Below, one piece after another: positions 49,390 to 57,375 of a stretch of DNA of 58,911 nt. Source of the stretch: a virus; the IMG/VR virus record IMGVR_UViG_3300026316_000001, positions 1 through 58,911 of that record. The stretch is one strand, 5' to 3'. Within the stretch, counting starts at the first letter, position 1. Every line of letters begins with the position of its first letter. Under the pieces are notes generated by a model. That model saw only the letters and a program-made list of their open reading frames with translations. It was not told where the DNA came from and did no database searches. The position numbers were made by a program, and so were the translations under genes.

Positions 49390-49905
49390 TCAGTCAACCC
49401 GCCGCAGCCCTTCCCGGATGCTCTCGGCCGCCCAGGCGCTCGCAAGCTTGGGCTCCGGCCCCTGCTCGTCAATGCGCGGAGAGGTCCGCTTCTCGATCCA
49501 CGCGGCGATCACCTCGACCGCCACGGCCGCACGGTGAGCACTCCAGTCGGAGTTGTCGGCGGGCACGTATCCGCACACGCAGGTGGTGAGGGTGGCGAAG
49601 ACGTGCTTGGCCTGCTCCTCGATGATCTGACCCAGCAGTTCAGGAACGTGACGCATAGCGCCGGCCTCCAATGCGTGCTTCCACCTGGAGAAGGTCGCTT
49701 CGCTCACGTCGACACGCGCCTCCCAACGCTGGCGCCTCTCCTCGAAGTGACCAAGGATCTCCGCCAGCGTCTTGGCCAGCGTTTCGTTGCGCGATCGGAG
49801 AATGTCGATCTCGCCGGTTGCCGGTACAGCGGCGAGTATGGCGGTCGGCGCGGGCCAACGTACATCCGGCGGTAGCGCACGCCTACCCTCAGGAATGTTG
49901 ATCAC
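49390..49905 (-). CDS. Hypothetical protein (171 aa)
   Basis: ORF from the track, GTG start, high GC3. Confidence 0.55.
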   Translation of the reverse strand: MINIPEGRRALPPDVRWPAPTAILAAVPATGEIDILRSRNETLAKTLAEILGHFEERRQRWEARVDVSEATFSRWKHALEAGAMRHVPELLGQIIEEQAKHVFATLTTCVCGYVPADNSDWSAHRAAVAVEVIAAWIEKRTSPRIDEQGPEPKLASAWAAESIREGLRRVD

Positions 49906-50134
49906 GTTGCGGCTCCTCCTTCCAGTCCGTACCCCAGTCGGCCCTACGCTCGCGGGCCTGCTCCATCAGCTTCACGATGCCCGTGTATCCGCGCGAGCGC
50001 GCCCAGCGCAGCAGCGACTCCCCGTGCCACGGATCGCGGCAGGGCAGGCCGGACAGCCGGCGTGGCATCCCGCGCGAGTCGCACGCCGGGCAGGTCGCGG
50101 GAAGGTCGTCCTCGTCGACTACGGCGGTCTTCAC
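49889..50134 (-). CDS. Hypothetical protein (81 aa)
   Basis: GTG directly after the upstream TAG; ATCPACDSRGMPRRLSGLPCRDPWH. Confidence 0.5.
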   Translation of the reverse strand: MKTAVVDEDDLPATCPACDSRGMPRRLSGLPCRDPWHGESLLRWARSRGYTGIVKLMEQARERRADWGTDWKEEPQRDQHS

Positions 50135-50455
50135 CTAATACGCCTTTCGGTAGTACCGCGTATTCCCACCTTCGCGGTGGGTCACCGGTTGCAGTAGTCC
50201 GTGCGCTGCCATGTCGCGCACGACCTGCCCGGCCACCGTCCAGTTGGTTGGGCCACCGCCGAAGACCTTCCTGGCCAGGACCGGCCGCCAGATCTCGGCT
50301 CCACGTGGAAGCGTCTCGATGTACTCGACCATCTGCTCGTACCGTTCCCAGCGGGCCAGCCGCTTCTCCGACATTGCCCCCTGCCGGTCCACCCTTACCT
50401 GGCAGGCGTAGCACTGGAGGCTGTACGGGCCGGCGTGACGAAGTCTCATGGTCAT
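50135..50455 (-). CDS. Hypothetical protein, possibly winged-helix (106 aa)
   Basis: ATGA overlap; MTMRLRHAGPYSLQCYACQVRV...VVRDMAAHGLLQPV. Confidence 0.5.
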   Translation of the reverse strand: MTMRLRHAGPYSLQCYACQVRVDRQGAMSEKRLARWERYEQMVEYIETLPRGAEIWRPVLARKVFGGGPTNWTVAGQVVRDMAAHGLLQPVTHREGGNTRYYRKAY

Positions 50456-50871
50456 TTCCTCGGCCCCGAATGCAGAGGGAAGTAGCAGTACGCACTGAAT
50501 GGCTTGTCCTGTGGCATGACCACCCAGGCGCCGCTGAAGTTGATCCCGCAGGACACCACCTTGGCGTTCCTGGAGACGATTCTTATCCAGGAATACTCGC
50601 CCTGGTAATTGTGCTCGGTGTGGTTCCACACCTTCGGGTTGGTGTTATCGACGCGCAGTGAATCCGTGTCGTGCTTGGTCCCCACGGCCCACTCGATATC
50701 GATGTCGGCATAGGCGACCGGGCTGGTGAGCTTCCAGCCGCCGGACAGCACCAGGGTGTGGTTGTCGTCTGACCCGCCCGGAAGGTTGAATCCCGAGCGC
50801 CCCACGTAGACGACCCCGGCGGCGAGGAGCAGCAGGAAGAAGAGGTAAGCGCGGATCTTGCTCTTGGTCAC
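50452..50871 (-). CDS. Signal-anchored exported protein (139 aa)
   Basis: GTGA overlap; VTKSKIRAYLFFLLLLAAGVVYVG. Confidence 0.55.
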   Translation of the reverse strand: MTKSKIRAYLFFLLLLAAGVVYVGRSGFNLPGGSDDNHTLVLSGGWKLTSPVAYADIDIEWAVGTKHDTDSLRVDNTNPKVWNHTEHNYQGEYSWIRIVSRNAKVVSCGINFSGAWVVMPQDKPFSAYCYFPLHSGPRK

Positions 50872-51248
50872 CGCGCCCTCCGGTTGAGCACAGCGCGCCA
50901 CCGGTCCACCTGGTCCTCGGGAACCCAGCCCGAGCGCACCGCCGAATAGCGTCGGTACCCACGCCCGAACGAATCCAGTACCTCCTCCAGCGCCTCCTCC
51001 AGCTCCTTCATTCGGTGCGCCACGAGGGGAGCGATCTCGCGCACGCGGGCGTCCACGTACCGCCGGATCTCCTCCACCTGGTCTTCACGCAGCGATACCG
51101 CCACCTGCACCAGGCGACCAGGTGTGGGTGGCGGTGGCGACTCGGTCTTGGGGGTCGGCATGGCGGCGTTGTCCGCCACCTGCTGGCCCCGCTCGGGCCG
51201 CCGCGCGGAGGCGATGACCTCGCGGCCTGGCGTCAGATTCCCGGCCAC
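50868..51248 (-). CDS. Hypothetical protein (start uncertain: 51248 or 51161)
   Basis: ORF from the track; helical C-terminal half. Confidence 0.5.
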   Translation of the reverse strand: MAGNLTPGREVIASARRPERGQQVADNAAMPTPKTESPPPPTPGRLVQVAVSLREDQVEEIRRYVDARVREIAPLVAHRMKELEEALEEVLDSFGRGYRRYSAVRSGWVPEDQVDRWRAVLNRRAR

Positions 51249-51472
51249 GACTTACCCTTCCGGCGGTACTCGGTAGCGATGTGCGCCGGGAACCAGGCGA
51301 CCAACACCCCGAACAGGGCGAAGGTCACCCACGGCGGCAGGTACGTGGTGATGTAGTCCGTCCACGGCGCGGTCGCCTTGGAGGTGTCGAACGCGGCGAC
51401 GAACTCACCGAGCACGGCCAGGGCGGTCAGCGGCAGGAAGACCCAGGTCCAGATCGCGTGCACGGCCCTCAC
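51233..51472 (-). CDS. Membrane protein (79 aa)
   Basis: GTGA overlap; AIWTWVFLPLTALAVLGEFVAAF...WVTFALFGVLVAWFPA. Confidence 0.55.
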   Translation of the reverse strand: MRAVHAIWTWVFLPLTALAVLGEFVAAFDTSKATAPWTDYITTYLPPWVTFALFGVLVAWFPAHIATEYRRKGKSWPGI

Positions 51473-52032
51473 GGCTCTGCCCCGCCGTCCGCCTTGTCCA
51501 GGGCGGTGTCCGCGTACCCGGCCGAGCGCCCGGTCTCGATGGCGCTGGCGAACCAGGTCAGCAGCAGATGCTCGTCACCCCCGAAGCGCTCCACGAACTC
51601 GCGCGCCCAGAGCTGCGCGTCGGTACCGAGGCGGGCCAGCATCGCCGAAGCGCTCTCCGAGGCCCGGAGGCCGAACGTCCCCCACGCCTTCAGGACGATC
51701 GGCGGGGTGGAGTCGCCGCTAGCTATCTCGCGGAGCTGGTCCCAGGTGGCCGCGCCCTTGGGCGTCCACCAGCGGGCGTCCCCGTACCCGGCCACTCGGG
51801 CAAGTCGTTCGTCCCGCATGGCGTAGGCCGCCGGCACCTCCTCGAACCGCCAGATCAGTACCGTGCCGTCCGGGTACTCCTCCTCGGGGAGGCCGAGGCC
51901 GGAAAAATGACTCTGGGTCACGGTATGATCTTGCTGGGTTCCCACAGTCTGAGATTCAGCTTCATGATCGTTCTTCTGGCCCGGTGTCTTGGGTATAGAT
52001 TGATCTTGCGCCTCGACGTTTGCGCTGGTCAC
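51469..52032 (-). CDS. Hypothetical protein (187 aa)
   Basis: ORF from the track, GTG start. Confidence 0.55.
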   Translation of the reverse strand: MTSANVEAQDQSIPKTPGQKNDHEAESQTVGTQQDHTVTQSHFSGLGLPEEEYPDGTVLIWRFEEVPAAYAMRDERLARVAGYGDARWWTPKGAATWDQLREIASGDSTPPIVLKAWGTFGLRASESASAMLARLGTDAQLWAREFVERFGGDEHLLLTWFASAIETGRSAGYADTALDKADGGAEP

Positions 52033-52046
52033 AGGTCACATCACTC

Positions 52047-52286
52047 TCAGTCACGCCGGTTGGCCGGGCGTCCGACCTCCCGCTTGGTCCCGCACTCGCA
52101 GACGTGGTACCGCTCGACCGGCTGCTTGGTGATCTCGTGCAGCGGCGCCGGCCCGGCGTCGTGGCCGCCCGACAGGATGCAGTGGTGCACCCCGTGGGCA
52201 TCACGCGGGCACACGTTCCCCCAGTCGTAGAGGGGCGTCCCGACCTCGCACGGCCGGGTGTCCTCACGTAGTAGCGCCATCGCCAT
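52047..52286 (-). CDS. Cys/His-rich mini-protein (79 aa)
   Basis: ATG after GGAAGGTGG; RPCEVG...NVCPRDAHGVHHC...HVCECG. Confidence 0.5.
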   Translation of the reverse strand: MAMALLREDTRPCEVGTPLYDWGNVCPRDAHGVHHCILSGGHDAGPAPLHEITKQPVERYHVCECGTKREVGRPANRRD

Positions 52287-52602
52287 CCACCTTCCTGGCC
52301 GCCCCGTCCAGGGCAGCGGTGAGCAGTTCGTCCTGCACGCCGGCCGCGCGCAGCATGGCCATGGCCGCGTCCAGCCTGGCCCACGTGCGGGCCAGCTCAG
52401 CGCGAGCCTCCTCGGCCCTGGCCTTCCAGCCCATGCCCCAGGTCTCCCAGGATTCGCTGGAGCGCATGGCGCGATCACAGGCGTCCTGGAGGGCCACGAC
52501 ATCCTCGCGCAGCTTGTTACGTTCCTCGACGCATTCGGCCAGTTGGCCCAGCCGGTACCGCGCCTTGGCCACGGTCATCTCGCCGGCACCCATGGTCATC
52601 AT
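52264..52602 (-). CDS. Coiled-coil protein (112 aa)
   Basis: ATGA overlap; MMTMGAGEMTVAKARYRLGQLAECVEERNKLREDVVALQ. Confidence 0.5.
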   Translation of the reverse strand: MMTMGAGEMTVAKARYRLGQLAECVEERNKLREDVVALQDACDRAMRSSESWETWGMGWKARAEEARAELARTWARLDAAMAMLRAAGVQDELLTAALDGAARKVDGDGATT

Positions 52603-52811
52603 CGCCTCCAGTTCGTTCCGCTGCCCCAGGCGACAACGGCGTTCACGGCCAGGAACAGCGCCACCGCAGCGACCGTACGGATGTCCGGTGTCGGATAGCG
52701 CATCGAGCCGTACCGGGCGGCCTCGATGATATCCCACGCCGAACAGATGAACGCGAAGTCCAGGGACCACACGACCGCCACCCGGTACAGCAGCACCCGC
52801 AGGGGGACCAT
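52599..52811 (-). CDS. Membrane protein (70 aa)
   Basis: TGATG overlap; MVPLRVLLYRVAVVWSLDFAFICSAW...VAAVALFLAVNAVVAW. Confidence 0.5.
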   Translation of the reverse strand: MVPLRVLLYRVAVVWSLDFAFICSAWDIIEAARYGSMRYPTPDIRTVAAVALFLAVNAVVAWGSGTNWRR

Positions 52812-53053
52812 CAGAAACCCTGCTCCCACCAACCGCGACCCGGGCGGCCCCACTCGCAGACAGAGCGCGACATCTCGCCGGCCGCCATCCGGTCCTTGGC
52901 GTTGTCGATGTCCTCGCGGGTGGCGTACCCGCAGGTCACCCCACGCTCGTCGCGCTCCAGCACCACCATCAGCTCTCCGGCGGTGTCGGGTCCGAGGATG
53001 GTGCCGGGCTCGGCGTCCAGGCCGTTCAGCCGGCCCACCGGTACACGGCTCAT
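52811..53053 (-). CDS. Hypothetical protein (80 aa)
   Basis: ATGA overlap; MSRVPVGRLNGLDAEPGTILGPDTAGELMVVLERDERG. Confidence 0.5.
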   Translation of the reverse strand: MSRVPVGRLNGLDAEPGTILGPDTAGELMVVLERDERGVTCGYATREDIDNAKDRMAAGEMSRSVCEWGRPGRGWWEQGF

Positions 53054-53310
53054 GGCGTTACCTCGTCCCGTGATCGACGGATGGGGACCACCGTGGTTTC
53101 GGTGGCCGCCATGGGTGAGCCGACGACGAGGCGGCCGTCCGGATGGAAGCGCAGCCGACAGATGGTGACGGTGCCCCGCTCGATGACCAGCGACACGAAG
53201 TGCAGGTGGTCTGCGCACTGCTCGCAGCCCGGACGCTGGTCAACCAGGCCGAGCACGGCCAGGGCCTGCTTCACCTGGGCGCGGGTGACGGTCGCCGGGT
53301 CGCTGTTCAC
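53050..53310 (-). CDS. Hypothetical protein (86 aa)
   Basis: GTGA overlap after GGAGGAAG; VNSDPATVTRAQVKQALAVLGLVDQRPGCEQC. Confidence 0.5.
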   Translation of the reverse strand: MNSDPATVTRAQVKQALAVLGLVDQRPGCEQCADHLHFVSLVIERGTVTICRLRFHPDGRLVVGSPMAATETTVVPIRRSRDEVTP

Positions 53311-53687
53311 GTCTTCCTCCGGTCCATGGCCTCGACGGCGGCGGCTGCCACGGCCGCGACCTGCACCAGCTCGCGGCGGGCGGTCGCCTCGTCGCGCATG
53401 GCGGCGGCCTCCAGGAACTCGCAGAACTCCTCCAGCAGGATGGCCGCCCAGTTGTCGTCTTCCGCCGGCCCGTTGGCCTGACAGGCGGAGCGGGCCTGGG
53501 TGGCGGTCGGCACGTCGTACCAGGTGGCTGTCCGGATGGCGGCGTCGAACGGCCGTCGTCTGTGGATGCCGTCGAGGCCCAGCGAGATCAGCGGGTGGTT
53601 CTGCTCGCCCCACTTCGCATCTTGCCGGGCGCGCTCGTCGGCGATCTCGGTCAGTACGGCATCGAGGCTGCTCAGCGGCTCGCTCAT
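53307..53687 (-). CDS. MazG-like nucleotide pyrophosphohydrolase (126 aa)
   Basis: ATGA overlap; IADERARQDAKWGEQNHP...WAAILLEEFCEFLEA is the typical phage MazG-like pattern. Confidence 0.6.
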   Translation of the reverse strand: MSEPLSSLDAVLTEIADERARQDAKWGEQNHPLISLGLDGIHRRRPFDAAIRTATWYDVPTATQARSACQANGPAEDDNWAAILLEEFCEFLEAAAMRDEATARRELVQVAAVAAAAVEAMDRRKT

Positions 53688-54181
53688 GTGGGCCGCACGG
53701 CGATCACGCGCCAGCCGATCTGCTCGTCGTGCTTGGTCACGTCGGTGAGGATGTCCTGGATGCGCGCGGCCACGGCCGCCGGGGTGAAGGGCTCCATGTT
53801 GTCCGCGTGCAGGATGACGCCGGGGTTCTCGGTGGTCAGGTGGTGCAGCTCTCCGCGCTGGATGGTCCGGTACACCGGTTCGTCCTGGCTCTTGTCGGAA
53901 ACGTAGTGACCGACCTGGGCGCCCTCTTTGGCCAGCAGCCGCAGCTCCAGCCGGATCATGGCGGTGGTGTCGAGGGGCTGCTGGACGATCAGCGGCTGCT
54001 CGGCCGGCGGGATGTGCTCGATGGCCAGGATGGCATCGGTGCGGATCGCGTGGACTTCGTTGCCTTCGCAGGTGAAGCGTGTGAAGTCGTCGTCCTTGGC
54101 GCTGGCGTAGTTCTCGGCATTGAGGATGTGGCTGGAGGTGCCCCAGGCGGTGCGGATGGTGACCTTGTATCGGCTGGTCAT
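53684..54181 (-). CDS. Hypothetical protein (165 aa)
   Basis: ATGA overlap; ORF from the track. Confidence 0.55.
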   Translation of the reverse strand: MTSRYKVTIRTAWGTSSHILNAENYASAKDDDFTRFTCEGNEVHAIRTDAILAIEHIPPAEQPLIVQQPLDTTAMIRLELRLLAKEGAQVGHYVSDKSQDEPVYRTIQRGELHHLTTENPGVILHADNMEPFTPAAVAARIQDILTDVTKHDEQIGWRVIAVRPT

Positions 54182-54780
54182 GCTGCTTCCTCTCCGGGTG
54201 TGGGTGGTGCGGGCTGGTCGGTGGGTTGTTCGCGGCCGGCGGCCAGTTCCAGGCTGGTGCCGATCTCGGCGAACTCGGCCTGGATGGCGCCGCTCTTGTC
54301 GGCCATGTTCGCCAGGCTGGCCATGATCTGATCACGGAGGCTATCTGCCTGGCTGCCGAATACGTTGACTACGTTGGTTTGCCCCGGTGCGGGGGTTATC
54401 TCCCGGCCTTGCGCGGCGGCCTCGCGGTCGAGGATCTTCAGGACGATGTCGGCGGCACGCGGGTCAGGACGGGCTGTCGTGCCGGTGTCGTCGTCGATCA
54501 CGAAGGTGCCCAGCGCCAACGGCATCCAGGAGCGCTTCAGCTCGCGCAGCCCGTCCAGGTACAGGGCGCGGGCCGTCTCGACGGTGGGGCCTTCCTCGGT
54601 GGCCCGGCGTTCCAGGCCACGCTGGAGGATCTTCGTCACCGAGGCAGGGTTCACCCCGATCTGCTCGGCGATCTCGACGTTGCGCCGGCCGAGCACGAGC
54701 ATCTCCAGGGCGACCCGCTCGCGCTCGATCGCGGAGTCGCGGCGCATCCGCTGGCGGGTCTTATCCTTGTGGTGCGGCAC
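54178..54780 (-). CDS. HTH protein resembling small terminase or sigma-region-4 regulators (200 aa)
   Basis: GTG after GGAGGAACCGG; RERVALEMLVLGRRNVEIAEQIGVNPASVTKILQRGL, then a helical oligomerisation-like region. Confidence 0.45.
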   Translation of the reverse strand: MPHHKDKTRQRMRRDSAIERERVALEMLVLGRRNVEIAEQIGVNPASVTKILQRGLERRATEEGPTVETARALYLDGLRELKRSWMPLALGTFVIDDDTGTTARPDPRAADIVLKILDREAAAQGREITPAPGQTNVVNVFGSQADSLRDQIMASLANMADKSGAIQAEFAEIGTSLELAAGREQPTDQPAPPTPGEEAA

Positions 54781-55048
54781 CCGGTTCCTCCACCTGGAGC
54801 GTGGCCAGCCGGCACGCCTGCTGGTCGCAGTGGATCGTCATCGTCATCGGCGGCGGGGGGGCCACCTTCACGCCCTCGACGATCCCGGTCACGACAGCCT
54901 CGTGCCATTGGCGCTGGGCCACGTCGCGCACGCCGGCCCGCCACAGCTTCAGCGTCTCGTCATACGGGCGCAGCGGCGAGCGGCCGGGCGGCGCGAGCTG
55001 GGCCAGGTACTGCTGGAACCAGTGGTCCGGCATCGGGGGCGGCTTCAC
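54761..55048 (-). CDS. Hypothetical protein (95 aa)
   Basis: GTGA overlap; VKPPPMPDHWFQQYLAQLAPPGRSPLRPYDETLKLWRAG. Confidence 0.45.
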   Translation of the reverse strand: MKPPPMPDHWFQQYLAQLAPPGRSPLRPYDETLKLWRAGVRDVAQRQWHEAVVTGIVEGVKVAPPPPMTMTIHCDQQACRLATLQVEEPGAAPQG

Positions 55049-55530
55049 GGTGCCTCCAGTTCGGTGTGGACCGCCACGGGGGCAGGTGCGCGGCCCAGTT
55101 GGTAGGCGTTGAGGATGATCGGCTCCACCCAATCCCCGACGGTCCCGCCGTCGGGGAACTTGGTGGCGGCCAGGAACTCCTGCTCGAAGGAGGTGACCTC
55201 GGCCTCGACCGACGCCAGCTTGGCCTTGATGCCCAGCGCGAGCGCCCGCCACCGCTGGCGGGTCAGCAGCTCCCACGCCTGTTCTTGCGCGGCCGGGGAG
55301 CGCTGGAGGCGACGGGTCGGCGAGTACTTCACGTCCGGGTGATCGCGCGGGGGCAAGGTCAGGCGGAACTCCACCTCGCGGTCGCGGTACACGAAGCTGA
55401 TCACCGCCTGGTTGGTGTCGCGGTCCCAGCCGTACTGGAAGCGTCGCGCGCCGAAGCGGACCAGGGTGCGCTCGATCTCGGCGCGGCTGCCGCTGGAGTC
55501 CACGGTGGTGTCGCTGGCGTAGGTGGCCAC
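55045..55530 (-). CDS. Hypothetical protein (161 aa)
   Basis: GTG 3 nt after the upstream TGA; ORF from the track. Confidence 0.55.
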   Translation of the reverse strand: MATYASDTTVDSSGSRAEIERTLVRFGARRFQYGWDRDTNQAVISFVYRDREVEFRLTLPPRDHPDVKYSPTRRLQRSPAAQEQAWELLTRQRWRALALGIKAKLASVEAEVTSFEQEFLAATKFPDGGTVGDWVEPIILNAYQLGRAPAPVAVHTELEAP

Positions 55531-55533
55531 GCC

Positions 55534-55734
55534 TCAGCCCTCCCTCTTCAGCCGCAGGATCCCGGCCCCGGTGACCCGGTGGTGGCCGCCGGCTGTGCGG
55601 GTGTACTCCTCGCGCTTGACCTTGCCGGCCTTGATCCACCGCACGACGGTCTTGGGTACGACGCGGAACAGGACGGCCACCTCGCCGGGGGTGTAGAGGG
55701 CATCCGGGTCGATCTTGTCCGATGTGAAGGTCAT
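55534..55734 (-). CDS. Excisionase/MerR-type HTH DNA-binding protein (66 aa; alternative start 55743)
   Basis: ATGA overlap; LYTPGEVAVLFRVVPKTVVRWIKAGKV...HHRV resembles HTH_17. Confidence 0.6.
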   Translation of the reverse strand: MTFTSDKIDPDALYTPGEVAVLFRVVPKTVVRWIKAGKVKREEYTRTAGGHHRVTGAGILRLKREG

Positions 55735-55982
55735 TTCGGGCACCTCGCCTTACCGACCTGCTCCAGCCGGTCCAGCCGTGCCTGGAGGCGGCCCTGCATC
55801 TTCAGCAGCTCCTGCGCCAGGCGGCGGCCGATCTCGCGGCGGTCGATCGCGTCGTGTTCGGGGAACCAGTCGTGCGCCAGTCGCTCCAGGGCCTCCCGCT
55901 GGCCGGCGGTGTGTTCCACGGCCAGCATGGCGGCCTGCGAGCCGACGTACTCGATCTGCTCCTTACTCGGGAACGCCGGCAT
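55731..55982 (-). CDS. Hypothetical protein (83 aa)
   Basis: ATG after GGGAGGTGGGAG; MPAFPSKEQIEYVGSQAAMLAVEH. Confidence 0.5.
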   Translation of the reverse strand: MPAFPSKEQIEYVGSQAAMLAVEHTAGQREALERLAHDWFPEHDAIDRREIGRRLAQELLKMQGRLQARLDRLEQVGKARCPK

Positions 55983-56295
55983 CTCCCACCTCCCTGCCGG
56001 ACAAGCGCTCCAGGTGGAACGTGCCGATTCGCTTGCCGTGCCGCCATACCGTCCCGGTACCGGCGGCGCGGTCGGCCAGCAGCAGCACGTCCGCCCCGGC
56101 ACCAGTGCTGCGCGGGTCGAACACCCCGACCCCCTTCAGGTACGCCAGCACCTGCGCGGCGAGCTGCACCTCTCCGGTCGGGTCGTCGTCGGGCGGCGCC
56201 TCGACGTAGACCAGGGTGGGCGCGATGCCGGCGTGGACCCTGCCCACCGGACCGGGGAACGTCACCCGGTACCCGATCCCTGACTCAGCCATCAC
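55963..56295 (-). CDS. Hypothetical protein (110 aa)
   Basis: ORF from the track. Confidence 0.5.
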   Translation of the reverse strand: MMAESGIGYRVTFPGPVGRVHAGIAPTLVYVEAPPDDDPTGEVQLAAQVLAYLKGVGVFDPRSTGAGADVLLLADRAAGTGTVWRHGKRIGTFHLERLSGREVGDAGVPE

Positions 56296-56521
56296 TGCCC
56301 TCCTTCCAGCTGGAGTTACCGAAGGTCCACCAGCCGAGGTAGCCCACCACGCCCGCGTACACGGCCGGGATGATGCACGCCAGGGCGAGCTGCTGGCTGC
56401 CCAGGGCGGCGGCCAGGAAGAAGCCCGCGACGGCGGCCAGCAGGGCGATCAGCGACGAGTACCGCAGTACCGCGACCAGGTGATCCAGCGAATCGTCATT
56501 GATCTTCTTGATTCGGCTCAT
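56285..56521 (-). CDS. 2-TM membrane protein (78 aa)
   Basis: ATGA overlap; SSLIALLAAVAGFFLAAALG...LACIIPAVYAGVVGYLGWW. Confidence 0.55.
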   Translation of the reverse strand: MSRIKKINDDSLDHLVAVLRYSSLIALLAAVAGFFLAAALGSQQLALACIIPAVYAGVVGYLGWWTFGNSSWKEGSDG

Positions 56522-56820
56522 ATGTGCATTCCGGTACTGTGCCGGCCGTCGTGCTCGGCCTTGCGCTGCTCCATCAGCTTCTGCACCTCGTCCGAGGGCG
56601 GCTCCAGCACCTCCACGAAGGACCAGTCCGTGGGACCGTAGACCGCGCACGTGGTGTCTTGCAGCTCCTCATCGAAGGTGCGCAGCATGAGGCCGCTCTC
56701 GCTGTTCTCCAGGGCGATCAGCGGCGCCTCATAGTCGCGCACACCGGGCCGCGTGCCGCCCGCTCCGGGCTTGCCCCAGGCGTCCTCGCGGTGCAGGTGC
56801 GACCAGACGGTGACCTTCAT
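56518..56820 (-). CDS. Hypothetical protein (100 aa)
   Basis: ATCCACCTGGAGGGATAGGC precedes ATG 56820; MKVTVWSHLHREDAWGKPGAGG. Confidence 0.6.
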   Translation of the reverse strand: MKVTVWSHLHREDAWGKPGAGGTRPGVRDYEAPLIALENSESGLMLRTFDEELQDTTCAVYGPTDWSFVEVLEPPSDEVQKLMEQRKAEHDGRHSTGMHI

Positions 56821-56867
56821 GCCTATCCCTCCAGGTGGATCGAACTCGTCCGTGTGGGCGAGTGACG

Positions 56868-56955
56868 AGGGGCGGGCAGGACTCGAACCTGCTCCTTGCG
56901 TGGGGCTGAAGATCCAGCTACTCCCGTGCGGCTCTACCCGTTGAGCTACCGCCCC
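56868..56955 (-). tRNA. tRNA-like gene (88 nt) with canonical acceptor, D and T arms but an aberrant 37-nt anticodon/variable region; isotype not assignable
   Basis: GGGGCGG-TA-GCTC-AACGGGTA-GAGC-C-[37 nt]-GCAGG-TTCGAGT-CCTGC-CCGCCCC-T; I found no 5-7-5 anticodon arm; no encoded CCA. Confidence 0.5.
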
Positions 56956-57094
56956 GTGCTCGGCCGTACCGCCCTCCTGCCCGAAGGCGTGACGCCGACG
57001 AAAGCCCTTGATCCCGTCGGTGCATCGGATCGGTACGGTACGACCGTTTAACACAGCTCCGGGGGTCTCCCCAGGGCGCCGGAGCCGTAACCGC

Positions 57095-57111
57095 CCGGGG
57101 AGTCGAACCCC
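57095..57111 (-). repeat. T-arm-like hairpin, copy 1 (GGGGTTCGACTCCCCGG on the minus strand)
   Basis: 17-nt exact repeat of 57359-57375; I could not fold a matching acceptor, D or anticodon arm. Confidence 0.6.
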
Positions 57112-57358
57112 GATCCGCACCGCACCGGACGTATGCCCGGCCCGGCCGTCCGACCCGGCGAAGTGCGCGCCAGGGAGGCGGTCCAGCGAGTACACCGGCA
57201 GTGTTCCGCCAGCTCCCGCACGGCGATTACGTCGCCACTCGCACCCACCCCACGGGGTGAACTTTGGGTGCCCTGCTTCGCGTTGCCGCTCCGCTTTGGC
57301 TAGACCACGGCCGGGCGCAGCCGTCACCCGAATGGGTGAATCCTTGCTACGCACGCGG

Positions 57359-57375
57359 CCGGGGAGTCGAACCCC
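57359..57375 (-). repeat. T-arm-like hairpin, copy 2
   Basis: Identical 17-mer; extends to a 9-bp stem CGGCTGGGG/CCCCGGCCG around the loop TTCGACT. Confidence 0.6.

Noticed and set aside
57095-57375. The T-arm-like 17-mers as attP cores for integration into a host tRNA gene
   Set aside because: I found no integrase (tyrosine or serine), excisionase-integrase pair or repressor gene anywhere in the genome. Two copies in direct orientation are not the usual attP arrangement. This cannot be excluded without the host tRNA sequences.
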